Shown here one piece after another: positions 49,628-58,803 of a stretch of DNA of 64,000 nucleotides. Origin of the DNA: Candidatus Omnitrophota bacterium (lineage in GTDB: Bacteria > Omnitrophota > Gorgyraeia > JAGLLT01); contig DAOVJY010000001.1 in NCBI GenBank assembly GCA_030632085.1, positions 2,125-66,124 on the forward strand. Reading direction: 5' to 3'. Both the position numbers and the translations under genes were made by a program. The notes beneath the pieces were generated by a model. The model did no database searches and was not told the origin of the DNA. It worked only from the letters and a program-made list of their open reading frames with translations. The first letter of the stretch is position 1, and every line of letters begins with the position of its first letter.

Positions 49628-50962
49628 ATGAAAAAAATTAAAAAGGAATTATCTTTACTTGCGTTTTTACTGGTTATATGTTTTTTAGCTTGTAATTTAG
49701 TATACGCGGACGACAATATAGCCGGGGCTAAAGATACAAGAGACCTTGAGCTCTCAGATGAGAATAAAGCGAAACAAAGTGATATTAGGTTTTTTGGAAA
49801 AAAAGTAATTCCGATTTTAAATTTAGACCTTTTAGGTACTTATTCCAAAATTCAGGGACACAATGACACTACCGGCGCCATTGTTGACGTACTCGCCTCA
49901 CCCGCGATTAAAATTAATGATAACCATTATGTAATTCCGCTTTATAATTTCAACTATACCAGAGAACAACAAATTATAACTGAAGAAGAAGGCGGTTACT
50001 CCGTCCAACAAACACTTAACCACAACGTTTATTTAACTAATAAACTGAAATTAAATGATAAACTCACTACAAAAATAAGTGGTTTTGGAAGCTGGTCATA
50101 CAATAAAGAAACTAAAGATGAAAATTGGTCAAACGGACTTTATAACTATACCGATGTTGGCGGTATTATGGATTTCGAGTATGAACTGGGCGATATCCGG
50201 GATAACGTCTTTGATGAAGCCGGCTTAGAACTGGAATATTACAAGCGTAAATATCCTAACTTCAAATCTCTAATATCTCTTGCTTCTCCCACAGCTTCTG
50301 AAGAAGATGAAAAAGACTATGACGGCTTCAAGTTAATCTTCGGTTATTTAAGGGATAATCCTCAAGGATTATCTGTCGAAGCTGCATACCAGCCCCTCTG
50401 GAAAAAATATATTGACAAACTGGTTATTGGTTCTGACGGCGTTTTAATTGATGGAGATAAACGCGAGGACAACCGGCACGCCTTTGATCTAAACTTAAAA
50501 TATCCTACAACAAAACGCCTTACCTTATATCTTGAGAATGAACTCACGATTAACAACAGTAATCAAAACTTTTATGATTCTAAAGGTACTACAAGCCTAT
50601 CTGATGATGAATACATTTCCAACTATTATGATTACAACTCTTATATGATTAGGCCGAAAGTATCCTATGCTATCCCAGTTAAGGAAGAAAAAGACCTGAC
50701 TGTTCATCTTGCCTACGCGTATTTAGATAAACAATACAACGATCGCAAGGCTCAAAGTTCAACCGGCCTTTATATGAGTGAGGACGAAGAAGATCAATTC
50801 CACACCTTCAGCTTCGGGCTGTCATATCCTATAACTGAAAAAGTTAAAGCTATAGCTCTATTTGATTACACCATTGCCAAATCAAACATGGAATACGAGA
50901 AGTACTACAGATATAACTATGATTTGATGAGTATAGCTTGCGGTATATCCTGCAGATTTTAA
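49628..50962 (+). CDS. Putative outer-membrane beta-barrel protein
   Basis: Signal peptide; alternating amphipathic beta-strand pattern with Tyr/Asn-rich composition; C-terminal ...GISCRF ending in Phe, as in OMP sorting signals. Confidence 0.45.
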   Translation: MKKIKKELSLLAFLLVICFLACNLVYADDNIAGAKDTRDLELSDENKAKQSDIRFFGKKVIPILNLDLLGTYSKIQGHNDTTGAIVDVLASPAIKINDNHYVIPLYNFNYTREQQIITEEEGGYSVQQTLNHNVYLTNKLKLNDKLTTKISGFGSWSYNKETKDENWSNGLYNYTDVGGIMDFEYELGDIRDNVFDEAGLELEYYKRKYPNFKSLISLASPTASEEDEKDYDGFKLIFGYLRDNPQGLSVEAAYQPLWKKYIDKLVIGSDGVLIDGDKREDNRHAFDLNLKYPTTKRLTLYLENELTINNSNQNFYDSKGTTSLSDDEYISNYYDYNSYMIRPKVSYAIPVKEEKDLTVHLAYAYLDKQYNDRKAQSSTGLYMSEDEEDQFHTFSFGLSYPITEKVKAIALFDYTIAKSNMEYEKYYRYNYDLMSIACGISCRF

Positions 50963-50965
50963 GAG

Positions 50966-51469
50966 TTACTGATCTCCAAATATCTGAAATTCAAATATTG
51001 AATAGCCGTAGTCAGAGTTTGCTTTCTGACTACACTGAATACGCACGTATCTGCCTTTAACTCTGCTGGAAAACTGAATGACTTGCAGCCCTTCATGGCC
51101 ATGATGTTCCGTAAAGACTGTTTTCCAAAGCTCACCATCTTCAGAAACCTGTATATGGTAAACTTTAGCGTACGCCGCCTCCCAAGCGATAATTATAGTT
51201 TTAATATATTTTCTCAGTCCATAGTCAAACTTAATCCAACTCTTGGCCTCACTATGATCCGAATCCCACCGAGTTACAAGACTATTATCAGCGGCCATAA
51301 TTGCCAAGCATTCACTACCGTTATCCGAAGAAGCAATTATCGTCCAGGGTTCATACCTATCTAAGTCCACAGTCATAGCACTGTCTGCCGGGGGCGTAAT
51401 TAAAAATATTGACACCAAAGATAATACCCCTATAAATAAAAACACGGCAATCTTACTTGATTTAATCAT
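50966..51469 (-). CDS. Secreted F5/8-type C (discoidin) domain protein
   Basis: Signal peptide, then a galactose-binding-like domain (VTRWDSD..SWIKFDYG....I..I.I.WE.AYAK.Y.IQVSEDG..W). Confidence 0.55.
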   Translation of the reverse strand: MIKSSKIAVFLFIGVLSLVSIFLITPPADSAMTVDLDRYEPWTIIASSDNGSECLAIMAADNSLVTRWDSDHSEAKSWIKFDYGLRKYIKTIIIAWEAAYAKVYHIQVSEDGELWKTVFTEHHGHEGLQVIQFSSRVKGRYVRIQCSQKANSDYGYSIFEFQIFGDQ

Positions 51470-51502
51470 CTCACATCTCCAATTAAATAACAGTTATTAA
51501 GG

Positions 51503-52069
51503 TCATATCGGCGTTCGGCCAACTTTTATAAAATATATATCTTTGTCTTTTAATTGATGAATAAAAGCTTTTAATTCCGCGTCTCCACGGTAGGGCCAGA
51601 AACCTAAAGCCTTAGCTTCCTGATAAGCCTCTTTAATAGTCCATGAGTCGGCAACAACCCTATACATAGCTATCATCGCGCCGGTAATGTCCCTGCCGTT
51701 TTTACAATGAACAAACACGGGAAAATTATTTTGATTAATCACAATATCTAAAAAAAGTAACACCTGTTCATCGGTCGGAGTCTCTTTCGCGCTCATAGGT
51801 ATATTGTAAAATTCCATACCAAAGGCTTGCGTCATAGCCCTTTCACTATTAACATCATCCGATGACTGCTGAAAGCTAACTATTGTTTTAATGCCCATAT
51901 TTTTAAGCCGGGTAAGCCCATCCATATCAGGCTCTCCGCCTCTATATAAATTTTGATTAACCTTATAGAAAGCGGGAATACTCTTAAAATTATCCGCGGC
52001 ATAATCAGCATGCGCGCAGCCGCAAATCATAAATAAAAAAACTAATAAAACGTTTATATATTTTTTCAT
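51503..52069 (-). CDS. Secreted dual-specificity/tyrosine protein phosphatase (CX5R)
   Basis: Signal peptide and P-loop VHCKNGRDITG (HCx5R) with upstream Asp. Confidence 0.65.
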   Translation of the reverse strand: MKKYINVLLVFLFMICGCAHADYAADNFKSIPAFYKVNQNLYRGGEPDMDGLTRLKNMGIKTIVSFQQSSDDVNSERAMTQAFGMEFYNIPMSAKETPTDEQVLLFLDIVINQNNFPVFVHCKNGRDITGAMIAMYRVVADSWTIKEAYQEAKALGFWPYRGDAELKAFIHQLKDKDIYFIKVGRTPI

Positions 52070-53475
52070 TAAATTAATTCCGCCTCTTCACCTGTTTGAG
52101 GCAGATGAGCGTTATAACCCCGCCTTAGCAGGGAATCATGTAAACTCGTTGACTGATCTTCATCACCATGAACAATATATATATCTTTCAAAGATGTATT
52201 TGACTTTCTTACATAGTTAATCAAATCTTCTTTATCAGCATGGGCGCTAAACGCGTTTATTACCTCAACTTCCGCTTTAAGATTATATTCAACACCGAAG
52301 ATCTTCACTCGCGGATACCTCTCAACAAGGCGCCGTCCTAATGTATTTTTTGCCATATAGCCCACAATTAAAACCATATTCCTTTCATCCTCGATATTAT
52401 TCTTTAAGTGATGCAGTATTCTTCCGGCTTCACACATACCTGAAGCGGAAATAATTATCATGGGCCTTTTATCATCGTTAATCTTCTTTGATTCCTCAAC
52501 GCTCCTCGTAAGATGAAGGTTCTTTATGCCAAAAGGGCTCTCATCATTATAAAACATAGCTCGAGCTTCTTCGTCAAAGCATTCAACGCTCTTTTTAAAA
52601 ACACCGGTCACATTAACAGCCATGGGGCTATCTACATATATCGGCAGCTCGGGAATTCTTTTGCTCTTCATCAGCTCACCCAGATAATAGATTATCTCCT
52701 GCGATCTACCTAAGGCAAACGAAGGAATAATCACCTTGCCTCCGCGCTCCACCGTCCGATTGATATAAAATGTTAAATCATCCTCGGCGTACTTAATATC
52801 TCCACGAAGCCTGCCGCCATAAGTACTCTCAATTATTAAATAATCCAAAAAGCCTTTGGGTAAAAAAACCGGGTCTTTCAATAGAGGCATATTAGCCCTG
52901 CCTAAATCAACGGCATATGCCAGGTTAATCTCTTTTCCGCCCTTTGCCTTAATGTTAAGCACAACTATAGCCGAGCCAAGAATATGCCCGGCATCTATAA
53001 AAGTACAGCTGATATCTTCAGTCACCTGAAACTTACTATTATAAGCCTTGCCTTCAAATAAGTCGAGTGAGAGTTCGGCAATCCGGGTTGTATAAAGCGG
53101 CTTTCGCAAGGGCAGCCCTCTCCTTTTATTTATCTTATTTAAAAATTTAATGTTTTCTTCCTGTATATGGGCTGAATCTAAAAGCATAATTTTACACAAA
53201 TCAGCTGTAGCTTCAGTCGCGTATATCTTATTTTTAAAACCTTGCTTGGTGAAATTAGGGATATTGCCGCAATGGTCTATGTGGGCGTGGGAAACTATCA
53301 AGGCGTCTATCTTGGACGGCTTAAAAGCGAATTCACTGTTTATTCGATAGTAATCAGCTCTTTTACCTTGAAATAAACCGCAATCAATTAGAACCTTGCT
53401 TTTAGGAGTCTCAATCAAATGAGTGGAGCCGGTCACGGTTCTGACCCCTCCGCAAAATTTAACTTTTACTGCCAT
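52069..53475 (-). CDS. MBL-fold beta-CASP family metallo-hydrolase (putative RNA-processing nuclease)
   Basis: HAHIDHCG motif 2, further His/Asp motifs and a C-terminal beta-CASP-like region. 468 aa. Confidence 0.65.
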   Translation of the reverse strand: MAVKVKFCGGVRTVTGSTHLIETPKSKVLIDCGLFQGKRADYYRINSEFAFKPSKIDALIVSHAHIDHCGNIPNFTKQGFKNKIYATEATADLCKIMLLDSAHIQEENIKFLNKINKRRGLPLRKPLYTTRIAELSLDLFEGKAYNSKFQVTEDISCTFIDAGHILGSAIVVLNIKAKGGKEINLAYAVDLGRANMPLLKDPVFLPKGFLDYLIIESTYGGRLRGDIKYAEDDLTFYINRTVERGGKVIIPSFALGRSQEIIYYLGELMKSKRIPELPIYVDSPMAVNVTGVFKKSVECFDEEARAMFYNDESPFGIKNLHLTRSVEESKKINDDKRPMIIISASGMCEAGRILHHLKNNIEDERNMVLIVGYMAKNTLGRRLVERYPRVKIFGVEYNLKAEVEVINAFSAHADKEDLINYVRKSNTSLKDIYIVHGDEDQSTSLHDSLLRRGYNAHLPQTGEEAELI

Positions 53476-53487
53476 ATTACGCCTTTC

Positions 53488-53958
53488 TTATCGAGTTTTT
53501 TTTATATTTTTAAAACGTGGTAATATTTTATAAGCATCAAAATTATACCACATTCTATAGAATAATGAATATGGTAAAAAAGCTTTTCGAAAGGTGCTAT
53601 CAATAATCAGGTGCCCCAACATCCCCAAAGAAAGGGCCATGGAATACTTGCCCCACCCAAAAAAGAGGCCCGTTATATAAATTAATATAATTAATTCCCA
53701 AGAATGAAAATATACATATATTTTTCCTGATTTTAAATAACCGATAAAAACAAACTTTTTTAAATCAAATTTAAATCCGTAATGGCTAAAGTAATCTATG
53801 AAGTGATCTAAATCTATTAAAATACCGCCAATTACCACCAGAACAACCAATATAAAGCTTGAATAAAATTTGTATATCAATAATGATAATATTGATGTTA
53901 CGATTAAATGAGTTGATAAATCAACGGCAAGATGCTTATATTTATTAGTGCTAATCAA
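53488..53958 (-). CDS. Membrane-bound metal-dependent hydrolase, YdjM/DUF457 family
   Basis: 156 aa, 4-5 TM, conserved His residues (HLAVD..., GHLIIDS). Confidence 0.55.
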   Translation of the reverse strand: MISTNKYKHLAVDLSTHLIVTSILSLLIYKFYSSFILVVLVVIGGILIDLDHFIDYFSHYGFKFDLKKFVFIGYLKSGKIYVYFHSWELIILIYITGLFFGWGKYSMALSLGMLGHLIIDSTFRKAFLPYSLFYRMWYNFDAYKILPRFKNIKKTR

Positions 53959-54292
53959 AATTCAAATCTTCCCTTTTGATTACTTTTATACCTGAGTCTT
54001 CATCTTTTTCTTTTAAAACATCTACGATATCAAACTTCTCACCTGTCGCCATACGAGAGTCAAGAGAAGGATAGTCTCTCTGAATTGCTTGAACTTCATT
54101 CTTGTTTAAAACTATTATCATAATGGAGGTTTTAACCGCCATTTTTTCATCATCCTCTTTTATTATCCGGCCTTCATAAATATTACCGTTTTTAAGATGA
54201 ATTATATCGGCCGCCGCCGCGCTCACAAGAAACAAACAAAGAAAACATACCATTAATACAATTCTCTTCATATCTTTCACCTCATATATCAA
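53951..54292 (-). CDS. Small secreted protein sharing an N-terminal beta domain with the TPR-like protein
   Basis: Signal peptide; IIHLKNGNIYEGRIIKEDDEKMAVKT parallels IIVLKDGAEIRGEVISGNDSSITVKS of the 414-aa protein. Confidence 0.35.
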   Translation of the reverse strand: MIYEVKDMKRIVLMVCFLCLFLVSAAAADIIHLKNGNIYEGRIIKEDDEKMAVKTSIMIIVLNKNEVQAIQRDYPSLDSRMATGEKFDIVDVLKEKDEDSGIKVIKREDLNFD

Positions 54293-54319
54293 GACGTTCG
54301 CCTTCGCTCACTCTAAGAA

Positions 54320-54550
54320 TTAAGACACAAAATATAACCAATCATCAATAATCAAGTTACAAGATACAAACAATATTCAAATTCCAACATCCAAGCACCA
54401 AACTGCTATCCTTGCTTTGCTTCGGTTTGATTATTTGACCCTTCAATGTTAATCAGGGTCAATCCTGAGCGCAATCGAAGGATTGAATTTGTTATGGTTA
54501 TTGGTCATTGTTTGGTTATTGTCTCTTGTATCTTGTTTCTTGTTTTTTTT
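54320..54550. repeat. Composite repeat: AC-rich arm, palindromic element B copy 3 (54433-54485, inverted), GT-rich arm
   Basis: Left arm aagacacaaaatataaccaatcatcaataatcaagttacaagatacaaacaatattcaa. Right arm ttgttatggttattggtcattgtttggttattgtctcttgtatcttgtttcttg, which is roughly the reverse complement of the left arm and nearly identical to 2970-3010. Confidence 0.65.
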
Positions 54551-54677
54551 ATCCGCTCTAAAAATTAAGTTTTTTTATTTAATCCCGTGTTCAAATCCTG
54601 CTTTTAACTTAATCCCATTTTTTAGCACTTAGCATATAGTAAGTTTACAAATAATTATCTTTTTAGTTTTTTGTCTT

Positions 54678-54750
54678 TTGCTTCTAACTTAATCCTTAGA
54701 GCTCACCATCAGTTTGTTGGTGGTGAGCGCCTTAATCCCTAATCCTATTT
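54678..54750. repeat. Hairpin element D, copy 2 (cttctaacttaatccttagagctcacca...tggtgagcgccttaatccctaatcc)
   Basis: Copy 1 at 3088-3180. Central 6-8-bp inverted repeat gctcac(ca)/(tg)gtgagc flanked by repeated cttaatcc motifs. Differences between the copies change stem length. Confidence 0.65.
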
Positions 54751-54769
54751 TATTATATCATATAAAGAA

Positions 54770-55309
54770 TTAATCGGAAGCCTTAAAATCCTTGAAATCA
54801 TAAACCTTTAGTAAATTTATAGCTCGCTTATCTTTTCTAATCTCAAAGTGTAAATGCGTTATCATATCAGTTATATTGGCATTGCCGCTCTTGCCCACCT
54901 CGCCAATAACCTGTCCTTGCCTAACCCAACGCTTAGGCTTAATATAGACTTTATTAAGATGCAGATAATATGATTTAGTCCCATCGCGATGGCTAACAAC
55001 CAAATAGCTGCCTGATAAATCATCATACGAAACCTTCTCCACCCATCCGCATTTACAGGCTAAAACGGGCGTTCCAACCTCAGCCGTTAAATCAATCCCT
55101 CGATGCCTGTAGCCTCTCCTGGGCGCCCCAAAGTGCCCATCTCCGTACTTATCCACTCTTATAACTATAGGAATCTCCGCTGGTAGAGGTTTAATGATAT
55201 CGTATTCATCAATAAAATAATAATCATAAAAAAAGCAGGCACCCAAAACCAATGCGGCTATGATTATGACTGCTATGATTGTTTTCTTAAAGTTATATTT
55301 TAATTTCAT
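54770..55309 (-). CDS. M23-family metallopeptidase
   Basis: N-terminal TM anchor; HRGIDL...G.PV ... HLHFEI motifs. Confidence 0.75.
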   Translation of the reverse strand: MKLKYNFKKTIIAVIIIAALVLGACFFYDYYFIDEYDIIKPLPAEIPIVIRVDKYGDGHFGAPRRGYRHRGIDLTAEVGTPVLACKCGWVEKVSYDDLSGSYLVVSHRDGTKSYYLHLNKVYIKPKRWVRQGQVIGEVGKSGNANITDMITHLHFEIRKDKRAINLLKVYDFKDFKASD

Positions 55310-55316
55310 TAGGTAT

Positions 55317-57251
55317 TTATAGCACCTTTAGCGCGATTATGGTTATATCATCATGCTGAGGCGCTTTACCGCAGAATTCGGCAAGATCGGCTCTTAAGGC
55401 CTCCAGAATGCCGGCCGCGCCCTTTTGATGATTGGCCTTCGTAACCTCTTTTATCCTTTGAAATCCATACTCTTCTTTTTTTAGGTTTCTCGCTTCACTA
55501 ACCCCGTCAGTATAAAAAATTAAGGCATCTCCGTGAGCCAGCGTAAACTCTTTCTCGTCAAATTCAACATCAGGCATCAGGCCTAAGGGCATACCTTTAG
55601 TGGGCCTTTCCTCAACAACCTCATTATCAACGGCTTTATAATGCATTAAGGGCAAATGCCCACCATCAGCTAAAATAACTTTTTTACTCTTAGCATCAAT
55701 TATAGGATACGACACCGTAACAAATAATCCCGTTTTAGTTCCTTTTTGAAGCTCATTATTTAGACGCTTTAAGACTTCATCCGGCTTATCAACCTCATTT
55801 GACCAACTCTTAAATTCAGTAACAATCCTTACCATAAATAAAGCTGCCGGAATACCTTTACCAGAAACATCGGCTATCATAATACCAAACTTATCATTAG
55901 GTAACTTTACGAATTGATACAGGTCGCCTCCCACCTGCTTGGCGGCATTCATGTTAGCGGCTACATCAAACCCCTCAATCTTAAGAGGTTCCTGCGGCAG
56001 AAAACTTTCCTGGATGCGGCGGGCCACTTCTAATTCTTTTCCCAGGAACTCCCCTCTGTGCATTTCTAAAATAAGCCCGTAAAAGGTCATCGCCAAATAA
56101 AGAAAAACACTAAATGATACCGGATAAAATAAATCTATCCATATTCCCTTATATATAAACAAAACGAAACTTAATACAATAAAGCCCGCGATAGCGATAA
56201 TATTAAGAAATAAGCCTTTGTAGACAGTATGCCTGCTAAGCGCGATTACAACAAAAGACAACCCCAGAAGAATCAGGATGTTTATCCAGCGCTCTACTCT
56301 TACAACATACTGATTAGTGGTTATTGAATTAAAAAGATTGAGGTGGGCTCCCACGCCCGGATACCTTTCCTCAACGGGAGCCGGATGCATATCAAAAAGG
56401 CCGGTAGCGGTTAAAGCTACATAACAAACCTTATCTTTAAGATCTTTTAAGTCAACAACACTCTTGCCCATAACTTCCGTAGACTCAGAATAACAATGCG
56501 CGTCTAAAATATCTATAAAGGAATAGTGTTTATATATTTTACCCCATTTATCTATATAGTTTATTAAAGCCTCATTTTTATTGTTTATAGGAATAACGGC
56601 CTTATCCGCCAACTTGATATAATCACCTTTATCAAAAATAATTTCATCATCCCTAAGGCCATAATAATCCTTAACGGCTGTTAAGGTCAAATGAGGATAA
56701 TAGTTATCTTCATACTTCACATAAAGGGGTATCTTCCTATACTTTCCGTCAATATCAGGCACTATATTAATGTGCCCGCTTCCGGCAGCCGCTTTATTTA
56801 ATCTTTTAATAATAACATCCTCATAGCATTCAGCCGTAACTTCATCATCTTTTGAATAATCAATGATAAAACTATAAGGGTAATAGGCCTTACCGTAATC
56901 CTTTGTAGCTTTTATCAAATGGTCATCAAAATCGCTCGGCTCGGAAAATAGAATATCAAAAATTGCCATTCTTGCCCCGGCCTGCCTTAAGGCCTCAATA
57001 AGATGGGCATGATATATTCTCTGAAAAGGCCAAGAACCAATTCTCTCAATATCATAAGAAGATATCTCAATAATTACAATATCGGAATTTACTTTCTGTG
57101 ATTTATTAAAGGCGGGCCTTAACTGAAAACGCCGGTCAAGAGTTTGGAGTTCAAATATCTCAAATATCCTAAAATAACTTAATAATAGGATAATTACCGC
57201 GCATAGAGATAAAAGAAAATATTTTATTATCTGTTGTCGATATTTACGCAT
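55317..57251 (-). CDS. CHASE2 sensor domain - PP2C-type (SpoIIE/RsbU-like) serine phosphatase
   Basis: N-terminal TM plus CHASE2-like extracytoplasmic region and several TM helices. C-terminal PP2C motifs (GGDLYQF, IADVSGKGIPAALFM, DGVSEARN). Confidence 0.7.
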   Translation of the reverse strand: MRKYRQQIIKYFLLSLCAVIILLLSYFRIFEIFELQTLDRRFQLRPAFNKSQKVNSDIVIIEISSYDIERIGSWPFQRIYHAHLIEALRQAGARMAIFDILFSEPSDFDDHLIKATKDYGKAYYPYSFIIDYSKDDEVTAECYEDVIIKRLNKAAAGSGHINIVPDIDGKYRKIPLYVKYEDNYYPHLTLTAVKDYYGLRDDEIIFDKGDYIKLADKAVIPINNKNEALINYIDKWGKIYKHYSFIDILDAHCYSESTEVMGKSVVDLKDLKDKVCYVALTATGLFDMHPAPVEERYPGVGAHLNLFNSITTNQYVVRVERWINILILLGLSFVVIALSRHTVYKGLFLNIIAIAGFIVLSFVLFIYKGIWIDLFYPVSFSVFLYLAMTFYGLILEMHRGEFLGKELEVARRIQESFLPQEPLKIEGFDVAANMNAAKQVGGDLYQFVKLPNDKFGIMIADVSGKGIPAALFMVRIVTEFKSWSNEVDKPDEVLKRLNNELQKGTKTGLFVTVSYPIIDAKSKKVILADGGHLPLMHYKAVDNEVVEERPTKGMPLGLMPDVEFDEKEFTLAHGDALIFYTDGVSEARNLKKEEYGFQRIKEVTKANHQKGAAGILEALRADLAEFCGKAPQHDDITIIALKVL

Positions 57252-57263
57252 TAAATAAGTATC

Positions 57264-57977
57264 TTAATTTAAAGTTCCCTTTTGTATATCACTTCCGCTA
57301 TCTTGAGATTTCTTAATCTTTCTATCTTTCTTTTTAGAAGCCTTAGTGTCTGTATCATCAGACTTGATAAGAAGTTTCCAGGGGTGAGCTTTTAAGTCGG
57401 CGCTAAAATCTTTAAAGTTTTCCGTAGTCGCTTCGATATTTTTAAGTGTCATATCAACTTCTTTTCTACTTACCATTTCATTAATATGCCCGGTTAATTT
57501 ATTAACATTTTTTATAGCTTCATCTAAATTCACAGCCATATCATCAGCCTTATCCATAAGAGCTTCCAATCTGAAAGGATCTTCACCTCTGATAGGTTTT
57601 GCGGGATTTCTAAAGGGACTGCCGGTACTGCCGCCGCTTATTTCAATATATTTCTCACCCATTAATCCCAGGGTCGTAATATAAAACTTTGAATCATCTC
57701 TAACTTTAGCCCCATCATTCATAAAGAGATCAACGGCAACATGAGTTTTTTCCTGATCACAAATAATCCGGATATTTTTAACATATCCAACTTCCGCTCC
57801 GCAAAGCCTAACCGGAGAATGAGTTCTGAGGCCGCTGACGTAGTCATAAAAGACACGCAAAGTATACCCATCCTTTTTAAAATGCAGAGCACCGGTTGAA
57901 TAAATAAATGTAAGAACAATAAAAAAGACAACGATAAGCATTAATCCCGTTTTAAATTCATTTGTAACCTTGGGCAT
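57264..57977 (-). CDS. mlaD: MCE-domain protein MlaD
   Basis: N-terminal TM anchor followed by an MCE domain; downstream of mlaE-mlaF. Confidence 0.75.
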   Translation of the reverse strand: MPKVTNEFKTGLMLIVVFFIVLTFIYSTGALHFKKDGYTLRVFYDYVSGLRTHSPVRLCGAEVGYVKNIRIICDQEKTHVAVDLFMNDGAKVRDDSKFYITTLGLMGEKYIEISGGSTGSPFRNPAKPIRGEDPFRLEALMDKADDMAVNLDEAIKNVNKLTGHINEMVSRKEVDMTLKNIEATTENFKDFSADLKAHPWKLLIKSDDTDTKASKKKDRKIKKSQDSGSDIQKGTLN

Positions 57978-57988
57978 AGTTTAACTCC

Positions 57989-58795
57989 TTATTTCTCGGT
58001 TAATTCTTTTAAATAATTATCGCCTTTTTGTAAAAACGAAATCGGGCCTTCCGGCTTACCGTTAATAAACTGCTGAACAAGTTCATCCTTTGAATTTTTT
58101 ATTTCTTCCCGTGTGCCCACGGTGACAATTTCTCCTTTATGAAGCATGGCTATACGGCTGGCTATTCTAAAAACACTCTGCATATCATGGGTTACCACCA
58201 CGGAAGTTACAGCAAGCTTCTTAGAAAAATCAAGTATGAGCTGGTCTATAACACCGGCAACAACCGGGTCTAAACCGGCTGTGGGCTCATCATAAAATAC
58301 AAAGACCGGATCAAGCGCGATAGCTCTGGCTAAGGCGGCCCTCTTGTTCATACCGCCGGAAATTTCACATGGTAAAAGGCTGCCCATACCGCGCATACTT
58401 ACCATACTTAGCTTCAAATTAACTATAATATCTATTACACTTTCATCTAAATTAGTATGCTCTCTCAAGGGCAAGGCAATATTATTCCTAATATTCATAT
58501 AATCAATTAAACCGCCTGACTGAAAAAGCATACCTATTCTGCGCCTTATCTTATCAAGCTCTCTCTGAGGCACAGCATTAATATCCTGGCCTTCAATTAA
58601 CACCTGCCCTTCATCCGGGCGCAATATTCCGATAATATGCCTTAAAAGCGTACTCTTGCCGCAGCCGGAACCTCCCATAATAACCATAACTTCACCTTTA
58701 TAAATCTGAAGGTCGACACCGTTTAAAATACGCCGCCCGGCAAAACTCTTAACTAAATTTTTCACTTCTATAACCGGTTTTTCTTTATCTTCCAT
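57989..58795 (-). CDS. mlaF: ABC transporter ATP-binding protein MlaF
   Basis: Walker A GGSGCGKST, signature ISGGMNKRAALARA, Walker B VFVFYDEPTAGLD. Confidence 0.85.
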   Translation of the reverse strand: MEDKEKPVIEVKNLVKSFAGRRILNGVDLQIYKGEVMVIMGGSGCGKSTLLRHIIGILRPDEGQVLIEGQDINAVPQRELDKIRRRIGMLFQSGGLIDYMNIRNNIALPLREHTNLDESVIDIIVNLKLSMVSMRGMGSLLPCEISGGMNKRAALARAIALDPVFVFYDEPTAGLDPVVAGVIDQLILDFSKKLAVTSVVVTHDMQSVFRIASRIAMLHKGEIVTVGTREEIKNSKDELVQQFINGKPEGPISFLQKGDNYLKELTEK

Positions 58796-58803
58796 AATCT
58801 TCC

